A stretch of 64,000 bases of DNA from a bacterium (GCA_043812655.1 JBDRLW010000030.1:1-64000); one strand, 5' to 3'; positions 49,302-58,704 are shown, numbered from the stretch's first letter. Numbers and translations are program-made. Notes: generated by a model not told the origin, from the letters alone.

Positions 49302-52300
49302 GTGAAAAGAATCTTATTAATTCTTGCTCTGCTTGCCACCTGCCACTGCTCACTTGCCACCATCTTATACGCTGACCAGACCTATCCGCAAATCGACATT
49401 TCTGGCTTCAAGAAATGGGAAAATAAAAAGGTTGAGGTTGACCCAATGAAAAACTATTTCGCCGGGTTAACCCAACTTGGCGGCTACTATCCGACCTTTA
49501 GCGGCAGTCCGTGGCAAGAGAGAATGACCTTAAAGATCGCCGGCCAGTTATCAAAAAACCTCTCCGTCTCTTACGATCTCGAGCAACAGCCGGAAACCCC
49601 GGAAAAGTTTGACGTCAAAGTAAAATATGACAACACTGAGTTAACCTTTGGAGACTTTACCGCCAATTTTTCCGGCAACGAATTTGTCTCGGCTTCAAAA
49701 TACATGAATGGCGTCATGCTAACCTCAAAAGATACCTGGTATGATGTCGTGGCAGTTCCTTCGGCCAAATTAAAAAGCCAAAACCAGGCTCTAACCTCTC
49801 AAAACGGCAACAACACCAAGGGTCCCTATAACCTTGGCCACGGCTCGATCGTTGAAGGCTCTGAACAGGTCCAACTAAACGGGATCTTTTTAAAAAGGAA
49901 CGTCCATTACACAATCGACTACTTTGAAGGCAAGATCACGTTTAACCAGATCTTAAGCGCCAGCGATGAATTTAAATATACTTATGACTACACAAATATC
50001 ATCGATCTTTTTTTCCCGACTTTATCAAAGAGGGATTTCTTTGGTTTTCAATCTAGGTTCACCCTCGACCCGGAAAAGTTTGGCGTAAAACCTCCCGGGG
50101 AAGAGCCCAGCATGGCCACAGGGCGGGATGTTTTTCCGACTAACAGCGCGCAGGCTGGCGGCATCCCGGAAGGAGAATCGTCTGGCAATTTTCAGTTGAG
50201 GAACATTCCTATTGTCAGGTTCAGCGAAACCCTCTCCTTTATGGGTGTTCAGCTGAAAAAGAACGAAGACTATATGATCCGCTACGACTCCGGTGAAATA
50301 AAATTGCTGACCCGGTTTTTGCCGACCGCGGCTGAACCGTTAACGGTTGAATATAAATATTTTCAGGTTTCTACCGAGGTCGAAACGATCCCTGGCATCG
50401 GCAGCCGGGGACCGTATAAGACCAGGGTCCACCGGATCATTCCTGAGAGCGAAAAGATTGAACTTGACGGCAAAGTTCTTATTCGCAACCTTGACTACTC
50501 GATCGATTATGGGACTGGAGATATCTTGTTTGGCGTTGTCGTCGGCCCAACCTCGCAAATAAAGGTCAGCTATCGGCATAATGTTATGAGCCTGCCGGCC
50601 GCTCCGCCAACGCCTTTCCCTAAAGAGTTAAAACTTGGCGTTACTTATTTAAAGGAATCGGCCAAAAAAAGCGCTGGCGCCCCAACCGCCACCGCCATTG
50701 AAGCCTATTCCGGAACCTCCATTGTTAATAATGGTTATGTCCTTAGCTTAAAGAATCGTCCGGTCGTAACATCCGAAAGTTTCACTCTTAGGACAAAAAC
50801 CAGGGTCTTAACGCTTGACGTTGATTACACTTTTCCCACGACCGAAGTTGACCCTGTTACCGGGTTTGTAAAAGTCACACCCAATGTCCCGCTAAGTTAT
50901 ATTACTGATAAGACTGATCTTTCAGATGGTGTTAGGACCGGTACAATTGCCTTCCTGACCGCCCTTTCGGCCTCCGATGAAGTTACGGTTACTTATACCT
51001 ACAATAAAAGCGTTGTCGGCAAATATAATGCCGCCGGAACAGGAAGCAAGGGTCCTTATTATTTGCGGAACACCAGGGATATTGTCCCGGGGACAGAAGC
51101 TGTCCAGGTCTGGGACCAAGGCTCTTCAATAATTACGACCTATACCAGGAATACCAGCTTTGAAGCCAACGCCGGCGATACCGGGTATTCCATTAACTAT
51201 TCTACTGATAACGCTTATATTACCTTTAATAACCCTCTCCCGACATCCAAAAACTTCCAGGTTATTTTCCAGTATCTTCCCTCGACAACCGGCAACAACA
51301 ACAACGACATTTCTCAAAGTGCTTTTGGTTTTGATGGGAGCTTTAAGATCGGCGATATTTTTAAGATAGATTCTTCTTATGCCAAGACCGAAAACGACCA
51401 GGTTTTTGTGGCGGAATCGACCTTCGAAACTTTTGGCGTTGGAGGAACTTATCCGATCAATAATACCAAGAATTATGCCCTTCACTCTTCGGCCAACCTT
51501 GTTGAGGGGAGCGAAAAAATATCCATTAATAATCAAGTGCTCAACCGTGACATCGACTATTATATCTCCTATACTGCTCCAGGCAGCTTTAGCTTTTACT
51601 ACATCACTCCAGGCACGCTTGATGCTATTTCCGTCGAATATAAATTCCAATCAACTGCCGGCTCCCAATCAACCCAAACGACCAAGACCGATACAGCTTT
51701 CCGTTTGGGCGCGGAAACCAAGCTTTTTGGCGATGTTTTAAAATTGAGCGGCAACACCAAAAAGATCGGCTTTGACTTCTCTCCTTTAGGAGGGACATCT
51801 ATCGGCGTCGGATCAGAATATCAGGAATACAATGTGTTTTTCCATCCCGATTACCACTCGTTTTTTAGTGATTACTCATACAAGTATAACCAGTCCCCGA
51901 TCGGCACAACAAGAAAAACCTTCCTGCGCACTTACGATAATACATGGTCTGGAGGAATTAACCCGAGGGGGCTAGTTAAACTTGACCTTGCCTATCGGAC
52001 CCTAGCGACTATCGACGATCCGCTCACTCCCGGTGGCTTGCATAATAGCGATTCACTTCAAGACTCTTACTCGATCAGCGCTACTCCTAAGGATATTACC
52101 AGAGGGCAACTCGTTTTCAGCCAAAAATACGACTTAAAGAAAACTTCTTCAAAAAATGACGTGATCGATCAGGCGGCAAACAAATCAACCTCCACCACCG
52201 ATTACTTCCATGCTTTTGGCAACGCTAAAGTCACCGATCGTTTCTCTCTAGGCTACGACTACCAATACAATGAACCGATTACGCTGAGCTCGCTCGAGAC

Positions 52301-53351
52301 CGAAACAGCCCACACGATTTCTCTTGACCATTCTTATAACTTGAATCTCGACCTAACAACCCTGTTCCTAAAAAAGTGGGCCCTCCGAATGGCTCTGCAA
52401 ACTCATGAGGATCAAAAAATTGTTCCAGCCATGACCAGCGTCAAAACCAGGAACGAAACTTATCACATGGACATTACCCCCTTCACCATCTTAACCTCAT
52501 CCATCGACCATAACCGGCAGGAGAGGACCTCATATGTCGTAGGAGGGGAAAACCCCTTAAGCATGAGGACGGCGGCTTCAGCAAGGTTGTCCCCTGTCCC
52601 CTGGTTTTCAATAGGGGCCAACGCTTCAGTTAATGAAACAATACCGGAAACAGGCGCAATTAACAGGGCCGATGGGCGATCTAAAGCCGGTGATATTGAT
52701 TTTACGCCAATATCTTTAAATCTTTTGAAGTTAAACTCTCGTTTTGTCGGCTCAGACACAAGACAGACTGCGCCGTCCGGAACCGAAAGGATCTCAACTT
52801 TCACCAATACCGTCTCTCAAAACTACACCTTAAGTTTTAATTATATCCCTCTTGTCCCTTTAACTTTAGGGCTGCTCTCTGAAGATTATAATAATTATAA
52901 TGATTCAGTCCTTTCTCATGTCGACACCAGTACGCGCAATAAAATCACAACCGCTTCAACCCAAGTTGCGCCGCCCTTCCTGCCCCAATTAACTTTAACC
53001 GCTGATTATAATCGCAAAGACACATTTAATCTAAAAACCAATGACACCCGCCCAAAAATTGTTGTCAATGGAAAGGCCAGCTACCAAGTTACTACTTGGG
53101 GATCAATTGCCTATGATACTTCGATCGAAAGGAATCAGGGCGAGGTCCAGGCCGGTTCAATCGTTGATCTAAATTATAAAAAAACCACTTCAACCATCAG
53201 CTTGAATCTCACCCTCCCCGTTGATAACCCGGTGCTTAACAACTTTTTAGTGGTCGCCTCTTTAAAGCGGGTTGAATATAAAAACTATTATAATTCAAGC
53301 GATGATTTTAATGCGAGCTTGTTGAGCTTTGAAGGGACGCTAAACTTCTAA
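49302..53351 (+). CDS. Large outer-membrane protein, SprA-like
   Basis: Signal peptide; repeated (G)SE....NG..L.RN.DY.IDY..G.I.F modules; long amphipathic beta-strand C-half ending in Phe. Confidence 0.65.
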   Translation: MKRILLILALLATCHCSLATILYADQTYPQIDISGFKKWENKKVEVDPMKNYFAGLTQLGGYYPTFSGSPWQERMTLKIAGQLSKNLSVSYDLEQQPETPEKFDVKVKYDNTELTFGDFTANFSGNEFVSASKYMNGVMLTSKDTWYDVVAVPSAKLKSQNQALTSQNGNNTKGPYNLGHGSIVEGSEQVQLNGIFLKRNVHYTIDYFEGKITFNQILSASDEFKYTYDYTNIIDLFFPTLSKRDFFGFQSRFTLDPEKFGVKPPGEEPSMATGRDVFPTNSAQAGGIPEGESSGNFQLRNIPIVRFSETLSFMGVQLKKNEDYMIRYDSGEIKLLTRFLPTAAEPLTVEYKYFQVSTEVETIPGIGSRGPYKTRVHRIIPESEKIELDGKVLIRNLDYSIDYGTGDILFGVVVGPTSQIKVSYRHNVMSLPAAPPTPFPKELKLGVTYLKESAKKSAGAPTATAIEAYSGTSIVNNGYVLSLKNRPVVTSESFTLRTKTRVLTLDVDYTFPTTEVDPVTGFVKVTPNVPLSYITDKTDLSDGVRTGTIAFLTALSASDEVTVTYTYNKSVVGKYNAAGTGSKGPYYLRNTRDIVPGTEAVQVWDQGSSIITTYTRNTSFEANAGDTGYSINYSTDNAYITFNNPLPTSKNFQVIFQYLPSTTGNNNNDISQSAFGFDGSFKIGDIFKIDSSYAKTENDQVFVAESTFETFGVGGTYPINNTKNYALHSSANLVEGSEKISINNQVLNRDIDYYISYTAPGSFSFYYITPGTLDAISVEYKFQSTAGSQSTQTTKTDTAFRLGAETKLFGDVLKLSGNTKKIGFDFSPLGGTSIGVGSEYQEYNVFFHPDYHSFFSDYSYKYNQSPIGTTRKTFLRTYDNTWSGGINPRGLVKLDLAYRTLATIDDPLTPGGLHNSDSLQDSYSISATPKDITRGQLVFSQKYDLKKTSSKNDVIDQAANKSTSTTDYFHAFGNAKVTDRFSLGYDYQYNEPITLSSLETETAHTISLDHSYNLNLDLTTLFLKKWALRMALQTHEDQKIVPAMTSVKTRNETYHMDITPFTILTSSIDHNRQERTSYVVGGENPLSMRTAASARLSPVPWFSIGANASVNETIPETGAINRADGRSKAGDIDFTPISLNLLKLNSRFVGSDTRQTAPSGTERISTFTNTVSQNYTLSFNYIPLVPLTLGLLSEDYNNYNDSVLSHVDTSTRNKITTASTQVAPPFLPQLTLTADYNRKDTFNLKTNDTRPKIVVNGKASYQVTTWGSIAYDTSIERNQGEVQAGSIVDLNYKKTTSTISLNLTLPVDNPVLNNFLVVASLKRVEYKNYYNSSDDFNASLLSFEGTLNF

Positions 53352-55489
53352 TTGAGGATGATTATTTTTCCGCGGGCCAGGATCTTTTTATCTGCGACTA
53401 TTTGGTAGAGATAAACACCATTAGGCAGGTTTTCTCCATAAAGGCTCTTTCCATTCCAGGTTGGATTGTTTAGCCCTGATTTTCCACCATTGTCACCGGC
53501 CGGATAACTTTTCTGCCAGAGCAAGTTCCCGTTAAGGTCAAAAAGATAGATCGTCGCATCAAAATTCCCTGCTAAAGTATAAACAAAGCTGGTCTCGTTG
53601 GTGCTCGTCCTGATAAAAGGATTAGGCAAGACAAAGGCTAGGGGCAGCGTCCCTTGTGCTTCAACTTCTTTATTGGCCGCTTCTTTTTTGATGTTGACCA
53701 AGGTAGTCGCGATGGCGGTTTGCCCGACGTGGTCAACAACTCTTAACCTTATCGTGTAATCTCCGCTTAACCCGGCAGTCTCCCAAGTTCCTAAGGCGCT
53801 ACTTTCAACTGAAACATAGTATGTCCCAATTGTTTGGAAAGTTGTCGGGCTGCTTCCACTTCCATATTCTAAAACATAATAGTTAAAATATTGGTCTTTC
53901 GCCTTGCCGGTGATCGTAACGCTTCCTTCTATCGTAGTCCCTTGTGATGGAGTTATAATGGCGGCCTCTGGCGCGGTGTTATCAATATGTACAGAAACCG
54001 CTGTTTCGGCCGAAGAAGCATCATTGTTCACCACGTTAAGCTTGATCGTATAATCTCCATTTAAACCGCTGGTATCCCAGCTAGCAAGAGAGCCAGCATT
54101 AACCATTGTTGAAGAATTGGCAATGTTAACAACGACAACCCCTCCGCTTAGCGCTGCTAATGTGTACCGGTTAAAATTACTGCTATACGCCGAACCGCGG
54201 ACATTAACGCTTCCGCTAATATATTCTTGGCTGGCAGGGGAAGTGATCGTCGCGTTAGGGGTTGAAAGGGCTAATTGAGCGTCGATCCGACCGGTCCCAA
54301 GCGAGCCCGCTGGAAGTGTAGGGTTTAAGCTGTCGATGCTTGTCGCGTAATCTTTTATCCGGGCGTAAATTTGCGCCGCCGTTAGAGTTGGATATGCCGC
54401 TTTAATTAATGAGGCTAATCCGGCAACAAAAGGCGTGGCCAAAGAGGTTCCGCTGGCATTTACATATCCCCCTCCCATTTTTGTGGTTAGGATCGTTGTC
54501 CCTGGAGCTGAAACGTCTACCCAGGAACCATAGTTTGAGCCTGGAGTAGCAACCGAGGCCCACTCTGCCCTTTTATCTGAAGAGTCGGTCGCGGCAATAC
54601 ATAGCACCGACTTTGAAGGGGATGCCGCCGGATAATTTTTTTCATTTGTGCCGCTATTCCCCGCCGCCGCTACCACCACCACCCCCGCTTGATAAGCCGC
54701 TTTGCAGGCATTCTCCATGTCAACATCAAAATCGCTTTGCCCTAAACTAAGGTTAATTACGTCTGCCTCTTTAGAAATAGCCCAATAAATCGCGTCCGCA
54801 ATATCTAGGGTATCTCCCGTCGCTCCCCCTCCTGCTACCGGCCTCATCGCCTTGAGCGGCAAAATCATCGCGTTCCAATCTGTCCCAGCAACGCCAACCC
54901 CATTATTGGTTTTCGCTGCGATCACACCAGAAACTTCTGTTCCATGCCCTTCATCATCATCGGCGTTATTATTGTTACTAACAAAATTCCAGGCTTTAGC
55001 CGTGTTTAACTTATCTTGTAAATCTTCATGGTTGTAGTCAACCCCAGTATCGATCACCGCCACCAGCACTTCATTTGTCCCTCGGGAAACATCCCAAGCA
55101 TAATCAGCTTTTATCTTTGTTAGCCCCCATTGCGACCCATAACTCGGATCATTTGGAATGGTCTGAAAAGTGTGATATATAAAATTCGGCTGAGCGGAGA
55201 TAACATTCGGCTCTTTTTCCAGGTCACTAATAACTTGTTTTACGTCAACCTCCTTGCTAAAGGTTATTTTATAATGGTTGCTAAAAGACGGCGGCCGAAC
55301 ATTATATCCAATCGGTCGTTCTCCTCTCGCCGCCCCATATTTTGCGGCTATGTTTTGAGAAATAACCGCCTGTCCGGGCTTAAACCTAACAATTACTTCT
55401 CCAGGCTTATATTCAGCCAATGACAAATGACTAATGACGAACAACGAATTAATGAGTAAAAGTAATAATAGAAGAACCGCTTTCTTCAT
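53348..55489 (-). CDS. S8 subtilisin-like protease with Ig-like domains and a T9SS/FlgD-like C-terminal domain
   Basis: IDTG, HGT, GTSLA triad; C-terminal PNPF...IYLFDLNG...WNG...NGVYLY...KIIILN. Confidence 0.92.
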   Translation of the reverse strand: MKKAVLLLLLLLINSLFVISHLSLAEYKPGEVIVRFKPGQAVISQNIAAKYGAARGERPIGYNVRPPSFSNHYKITFSKEVDVKQVISDLEKEPNVISAQPNFIYHTFQTIPNDPSYGSQWGLTKIKADYAWDVSRGTNEVLVAVIDTGVDYNHEDLQDKLNTAKAWNFVSNNNNADDDEGHGTEVSGVIAAKTNNGVGVAGTDWNAMILPLKAMRPVAGGGATGDTLDIADAIYWAISKEADVINLSLGQSDFDVDMENACKAAYQAGVVVVAAAGNSGTNEKNYPAASPSKSVLCIAATDSSDKRAEWASVATPGSNYGSWVDVSAPGTTILTTKMGGGYVNASGTSLATPFVAGLASLIKAAYPTLTAAQIYARIKDYATSIDSLNPTLPAGSLGTGRIDAQLALSTPNATITSPASQEYISGSVNVRGSAYSSNFNRYTLAALSGGVVVVNIANSSTMVNAGSLASWDTSGLNGDYTIKLNVVNNDASSAETAVSVHIDNTAPEAAIITPSQGTTIEGSVTITGKAKDQYFNYYVLEYGSGSSPTTFQTIGTYYVSVESSALGTWETAGLSGDYTIRLRVVDHVGQTAIATTLVNIKKEAANKEVEAQGTLPLAFVLPNPFIRTSTNETSFVYTLAGNFDATIYLFDLNGNLLWQKSYPAGDNGGKSGLNNPTWNGKSLYGENLPNGVYLYQIVADKKILARGKIIILN
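55418..55452. repeat. STRR2-like heptamers in the S8 signal peptide
   Basis: CAATGAC AAATGAC TAATGAC GAACAAC. Confidence 0.8.
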
Positions 55490-55533
55490 TTCGGTTGAAG
55501 TATACCATAGCTATAGCGTATAATAAAACTACC

Positions 55534-56739
55534 ATGAAAAACTTAAAGGCTCGTGGACAAAAAGTTCTTTCCCCTGTTTTGGGAAAATATTTTGATGACT
55601 TTGAGGTCGCAAGCGGCAAGGGATCGATCCTTTCAGGCCTTGATGGGAAAAAATATTTAGATTTTTCCAGCGGCATCGCTTGCACTGTTACCGGCCATTG
55701 CCACTCCAAGGTTGTAAAGGCGATCAAAACCCAGGCCGAAAAACTGCTTCATATTTGCATTGGCGTCGCCTACTATGAACCTTATGTTGAATTAGCCGAG
55801 GAACTGCAAAAGATCTCGCCGATAAAAGGCGCCCAGGTCTTTCTTTGCCAAAGCGGCTCGGAATCAGTTGAGGCCGCCTTAAAGCTGGCAAAGTATACGA
55901 CCAATCGCCCAGGCATTATCGCCATAAAAGGTGGTTTTCACGGGCGGACACTCGGGGCATTGTCGGCCACAACGTCGAAGATGAAATACCGCGACCACTA
56001 TGAACCTCTATTGCCAAATGTTTATATTGCGGAACAAAACCTCTTGTCAGTTGAAGGTATAATGAAAAAGCATGCCGGCCAGATCGCCGGGCTGATCGTT
56101 GAACCGATCCTAGGAGAAGGCGGATACATAGTTTTCCCAAAAAAGTTTTTACAGGGACTGCGCCAGCTTTGCGACCAAAATAATATATTGTTAATATTTG
56201 ACGAAGTCCAAACCGGCGTTGGCCATACCGGTAAATGGTTCGCTTGCGAGCATGCGGAAGTCGTGCCCGACATTATAGTTACGGCTAAAGGGATTGCTTC
56301 GGGCCTGCCACTCGGCGCTTGTCTGGCTAAAAAAGAAATTATGGCCAAGTGGTCGCCCGGCGCCCATGGCTCGACCTTTGGCGGCAACCCTGTCTGCTGC
56401 GCCGCCGCCATCGCGACGATCAAGGCAATCAAGGCCGAAAAAATGTTAGCTAACACCATTAAGCAAGGGAAATATTTGATGTCCCGCCTCTCGAAGCTCC
56501 GAAATCAGTACTCCGAACTGATCAAAGACGTCCGCGGCCTAGGCTTGATCATTGGCGTTGATTTTGGCGACAGCGTCCCGGTCAAGAAGATCGTTAATTT
56601 TTGTTTAGAGAAAAAATTAGTTTTGATCTCCACCGGCGGCGACGGGACCGTTATCCGGTTTATCCCGCCCTTGAACGTGACCCGCGCGCAGATCGACCAA
56701 GCCTTAGAAATATTTTCTCAGGCGCTAGATAATGTTTAA
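55534..56739 (+). CDS. Class III PLP aminotransferase (ArgD/GabT-like)
   Basis: SGSESVE, FHGRT, DEVQTG, AKGIASG, STFGGNP. Confidence 0.93.
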   Translation: MKNLKARGQKVLSPVLGKYFDDFEVASGKGSILSGLDGKKYLDFSSGIACTVTGHCHSKVVKAIKTQAEKLLHICIGVAYYEPYVELAEELQKISPIKGAQVFLCQSGSESVEAALKLAKYTTNRPGIIAIKGGFHGRTLGALSATTSKMKYRDHYEPLLPNVYIAEQNLLSVEGIMKKHAGQIAGLIVEPILGEGGYIVFPKKFLQGLRQLCDQNNILLIFDEVQTGVGHTGKWFACEHAEVVPDIIVTAKGIASGLPLGACLAKKEIMAKWSPGAHGSTFGGNPVCCAAAIATIKAIKAEKMLANTIKQGKYLMSRLSKLRNQYSELIKDVRGLGLIIGVDFGDSVPVKKIVNFCLEKKLVLISTGGDGTVIRFIPPLNVTRAQIDQALEIFSQALDNV

Positions 56740-57274
56740 ATATTTGACGTTACCTGACCTGTTAGACATCGCGGCGCAAAGGAAAGAGCCGCCATTCGTC
56801 TTAATTCTCGACGGGATCGAAGACCCGCACAACTTTGGCGCGATCTTGCGCACCGCCGAGGCCGCTGGCGTCCACGGCGTCGTGATCCGCAAGAACCGCC
56901 AAGTCCCGGTCACCGAAACGGTCATTAAGGTTTCCACCGGCGCGGCCGAAAACGTGCCGATCGCCCGCGTTCCCAACATTGCCGAAGCGATCCGCTTCCT
57001 GCGGAACGAGTCGCTGACGGTATTCGGGGTTGAAATAGACGGGAAAAGATTATATAATCAGGCAGATTACCGGAGCGGGGTCGCGCTTGTCGTCGGGAGT
57101 GAAGGCGCCGGCCTTGCCCGGCTTGTCAAAGAGCGGTGCGACGAGGTCGTGCGACTGCCGATGCGAGGAAAGGTAAATTCTCTCAATGCTTCGGTCGCCA
57201 CCGGCATCGTCCTATACGAAGTATTAAGACAAAGATCTCTCGACGAATCTCGAGATAAAGGAGGTGAATTGTAA
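56732..57274 (+). CDS. rlmB: RlmB/TrmH-family SPOUT methyltransferase (catalytic domain only)
   Basis: DPHNFGAILRTA, GSEGAG, SLNASVA. Confidence 0.85.
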   Translation: MFKYLTLPDLLDIAAQRKEPPFVLILDGIEDPHNFGAILRTAEAAGVHGVVIRKNRQVPVTETVIKVSTGAAENVPIARVPNIAEAIRFLRNESLTVFGVEIDGKRLYNQADYRSGVALVVGSEGAGLARLVKERCDEVVRLPMRGKVNSLNASVATGIVLYEVLRQRSLDESRDKGGEL

Positions 57275-57402
57275 TGGCAGAAAAAGTTATGAAGTGCGGT
57301 ATCAAGAAAGAAAAAGGCTACCTTTATTTTATCGACAAATCAGGCGACATTTCCCGGGCTAAGATGGCCAGAGGTCGCAAAAAAGCAAAAAAACGCAGAT
57401 AG
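57274..57402 (+). CDS. 42-aa basic mini-protein MAEKVMKCGIKKEKGYLYFIDKSGDISRAKMARGRKKAKKRR
   Basis: AAGGAGGTG SD; TAATG overlap with rlmB stop. Confidence 0.75.
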   Translation: MAEKVMKCGIKKEKGYLYFIDKSGDISRAKMARGRKKAKKRR

Positions 57403-57412
57403 TTTTGTTTAA

Positions 57413-57478
57413 GACAACTAGCGGCTTGCAACTTCACCTGCAAGGCTTTTGGTTGTAAGTTGTAAGTCGTTAGTTGTT
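57413..57478 (+). other. 22-bp RNA hairpin built from heptamer repeats
   Basis: 57413-57434 pairs with 57457-57478; all four non-Watson-Crick pairs are G-U on the + strand. Confidence 0.75.
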
Positions 57479-57488
57479 AGTCCCCTGT

Positions 57489-57544
57489 GGAGAGGTAGCA
57501 AAGTGGTCAAATGTCCGCCTACGGCGGATAAATCAGGCGCCTCA
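57489..57544 (+). pseudogene. Partial 5' tRNA-Tyr copy with hairpin substituted in the anticodon arm
   Basis: 24/25 identity to 57801-57825, then TCCGCCTACGGCGGA, then 16/16 identity to 57836-57851. Confidence 0.9.
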
Positions 57545-57552
57545 TAATTACA

Positions 57553-57810
57553 ATGTTTTATACATATGTGCTTCACAGTTTAAGCTTTGACTGTTATTAT
57601 GTTGGAAGCACTGGGAACCTTGAAAAAAGAATACAAGAACATAATTCTGGTTTGTCCAGATTTACAAAGGGAAGAAAACCCTGGGAATTAGTCTATAAAG
57701 AAGAGTTTCCCACCAGGGGGGAAGCAATGAAAAGAGAAAAGTTTTTTAAATCTGGCCAAGGCAGGGAACTTATAAAAGAAAAATTGGCTCATCCTCGCTC
57801 GGAGGGGTAG
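57553..57810 (+). CDS. Small GIY-YIG nuclease (UPF0213-like)
   Basis: YTYVL...YYVGSTGNLEKR.QEHN, FTK..PW.LVY.E, A.KRE..FKSG.GR. Confidence 0.93.
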   Translation: MFYTYVLHSLSFDCYYVGSTGNLEKRIQEHNSGLSRFTKGRKPWELVYKEEFPTRGEAMKREKFFKSGQGRELIKEKLAHPRSEG

Positions 57811-57883
57811 CAAAGTGGTCAAATGCACCTGACTGTAAATCAGGCGCCTCACGGCTTCGAAGGTTCAAATCCTTCCCCCTCCA
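57801..57883 (+). tRNA. tRNA-Tyr(GTA), CCA not encoded
   Basis: GGAGGGG/CCCCTCC acceptor stem, CCTGA-CTGTAAA-TCAGG, long variable arm, GGTTCAAATCC. Confidence 0.97.
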
Positions 57884-57949
57884 TTTTAGTTGGTACATTC
57901 CTGGCACCTCCTTTACAAAAGACTGAGCCGCCTTGTTAAAAATAAGGGA

Positions 57950-57978
57950 TATCTCGTGTAACTAGCCATAAAATTTCG
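57950..57978 (-). promoter_or_regulatory. Sigma28-like promoter motif facing tRNA-Tyr
   Basis: CGAAATTT-N14-CGAGATA, followed by AAAGGAGGTG and ATG at 57898. Confidence 0.5.
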
Positions 57979-58086
57979 TTCGCTCGATCTTTAATCTCCC
58001 GGCTTCTACTCCCTTCTCCTAACTTCCAATAACACGTGGATTGGAATATTGACAGTCCAATCAAGCGATGGGAAAATACTGTCGAG

Positions 58087-58704
58087 ATGAAACGTAACAT
58101 CAGTCTGCTTATGATTATAGCGCTGACAGTCGCCGGCGCGCTGGCCCATCAGCCGGTGATAGTGGACAGGGGCGAGATTAAAATTGAGAAGCCCGAAATC
58201 TCGCGCGCTTTTTACGGCGAGCTGAAGGGCCAGCCCCAGCTTTACAATATCTATTCGGAAAAAGCTTTTGACCTCTACGTTAATCTTCTTGTCCCCAAAA
58301 ACACCAACGCTGCCGGCCGCTATTCCGCGAACATTTATCAGATAATTGACAGCCGGCGCGTTTTTCTGGTTGAAATCAAGGCTGATTCAGTGGCCTGGAA
58401 AGAGCTCTACGAACCTTTTGGCGGCGATCATTACCTCAAAGGCCCGGAGTGGAAGCAAGCGGTGCCGGCCGGGCGTTTTGAGATCGAAGTTTACAATGCT
58501 GATAACCGTGGCAAATATGTGCTGGCGGTGGGAGAAAAAGAATTTTTTGGCCCCAAAGAGATCGCCAATGTTTATACTGAATTGCCAAAACTCAAGGGAG
58601 AGTTCTTTGGCGGCAATCCCGTTTCTTTTCTCTGGTCGCCGTTCGGCATCGCAGCGGTGATCGCGGCCGCAGGCATAATCTATCTCATTTCAAAAGCGCG
58701 CTGA
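58087..58704 (+). CDS. Exported hypothetical protein with C-terminal TM anchor
   Basis: Signal peptide ending ALA-HQP; TTGACA-N17-GAAAAT upstream (58049-58077). Confidence 0.75.
   Translation: MKRNISLLMIIALTVAGALAHQPVIVDRGEIKIEKPEISRAFYGELKGQPQLYNIYSEKAFDLYVNLLVPKNTNAAGRYSANIYQIIDSRRVFLVEIKADSVAWKELYEPFGGDHYLKGPEWKQAVPAGRFEIEVYNADNRGKYVLAVGEKEFFGPKEIANVYTELPKLKGEFFGGNPVSFLWSPFGIAAVIAAAGIIYLISKAR

Noticed and set aside
57489..57883. tRNA interrupted by a group I intron
   Set aside because: The downstream tRNA is complete on its own, and the interval is almost all ORF with no room for a ribozyme core.
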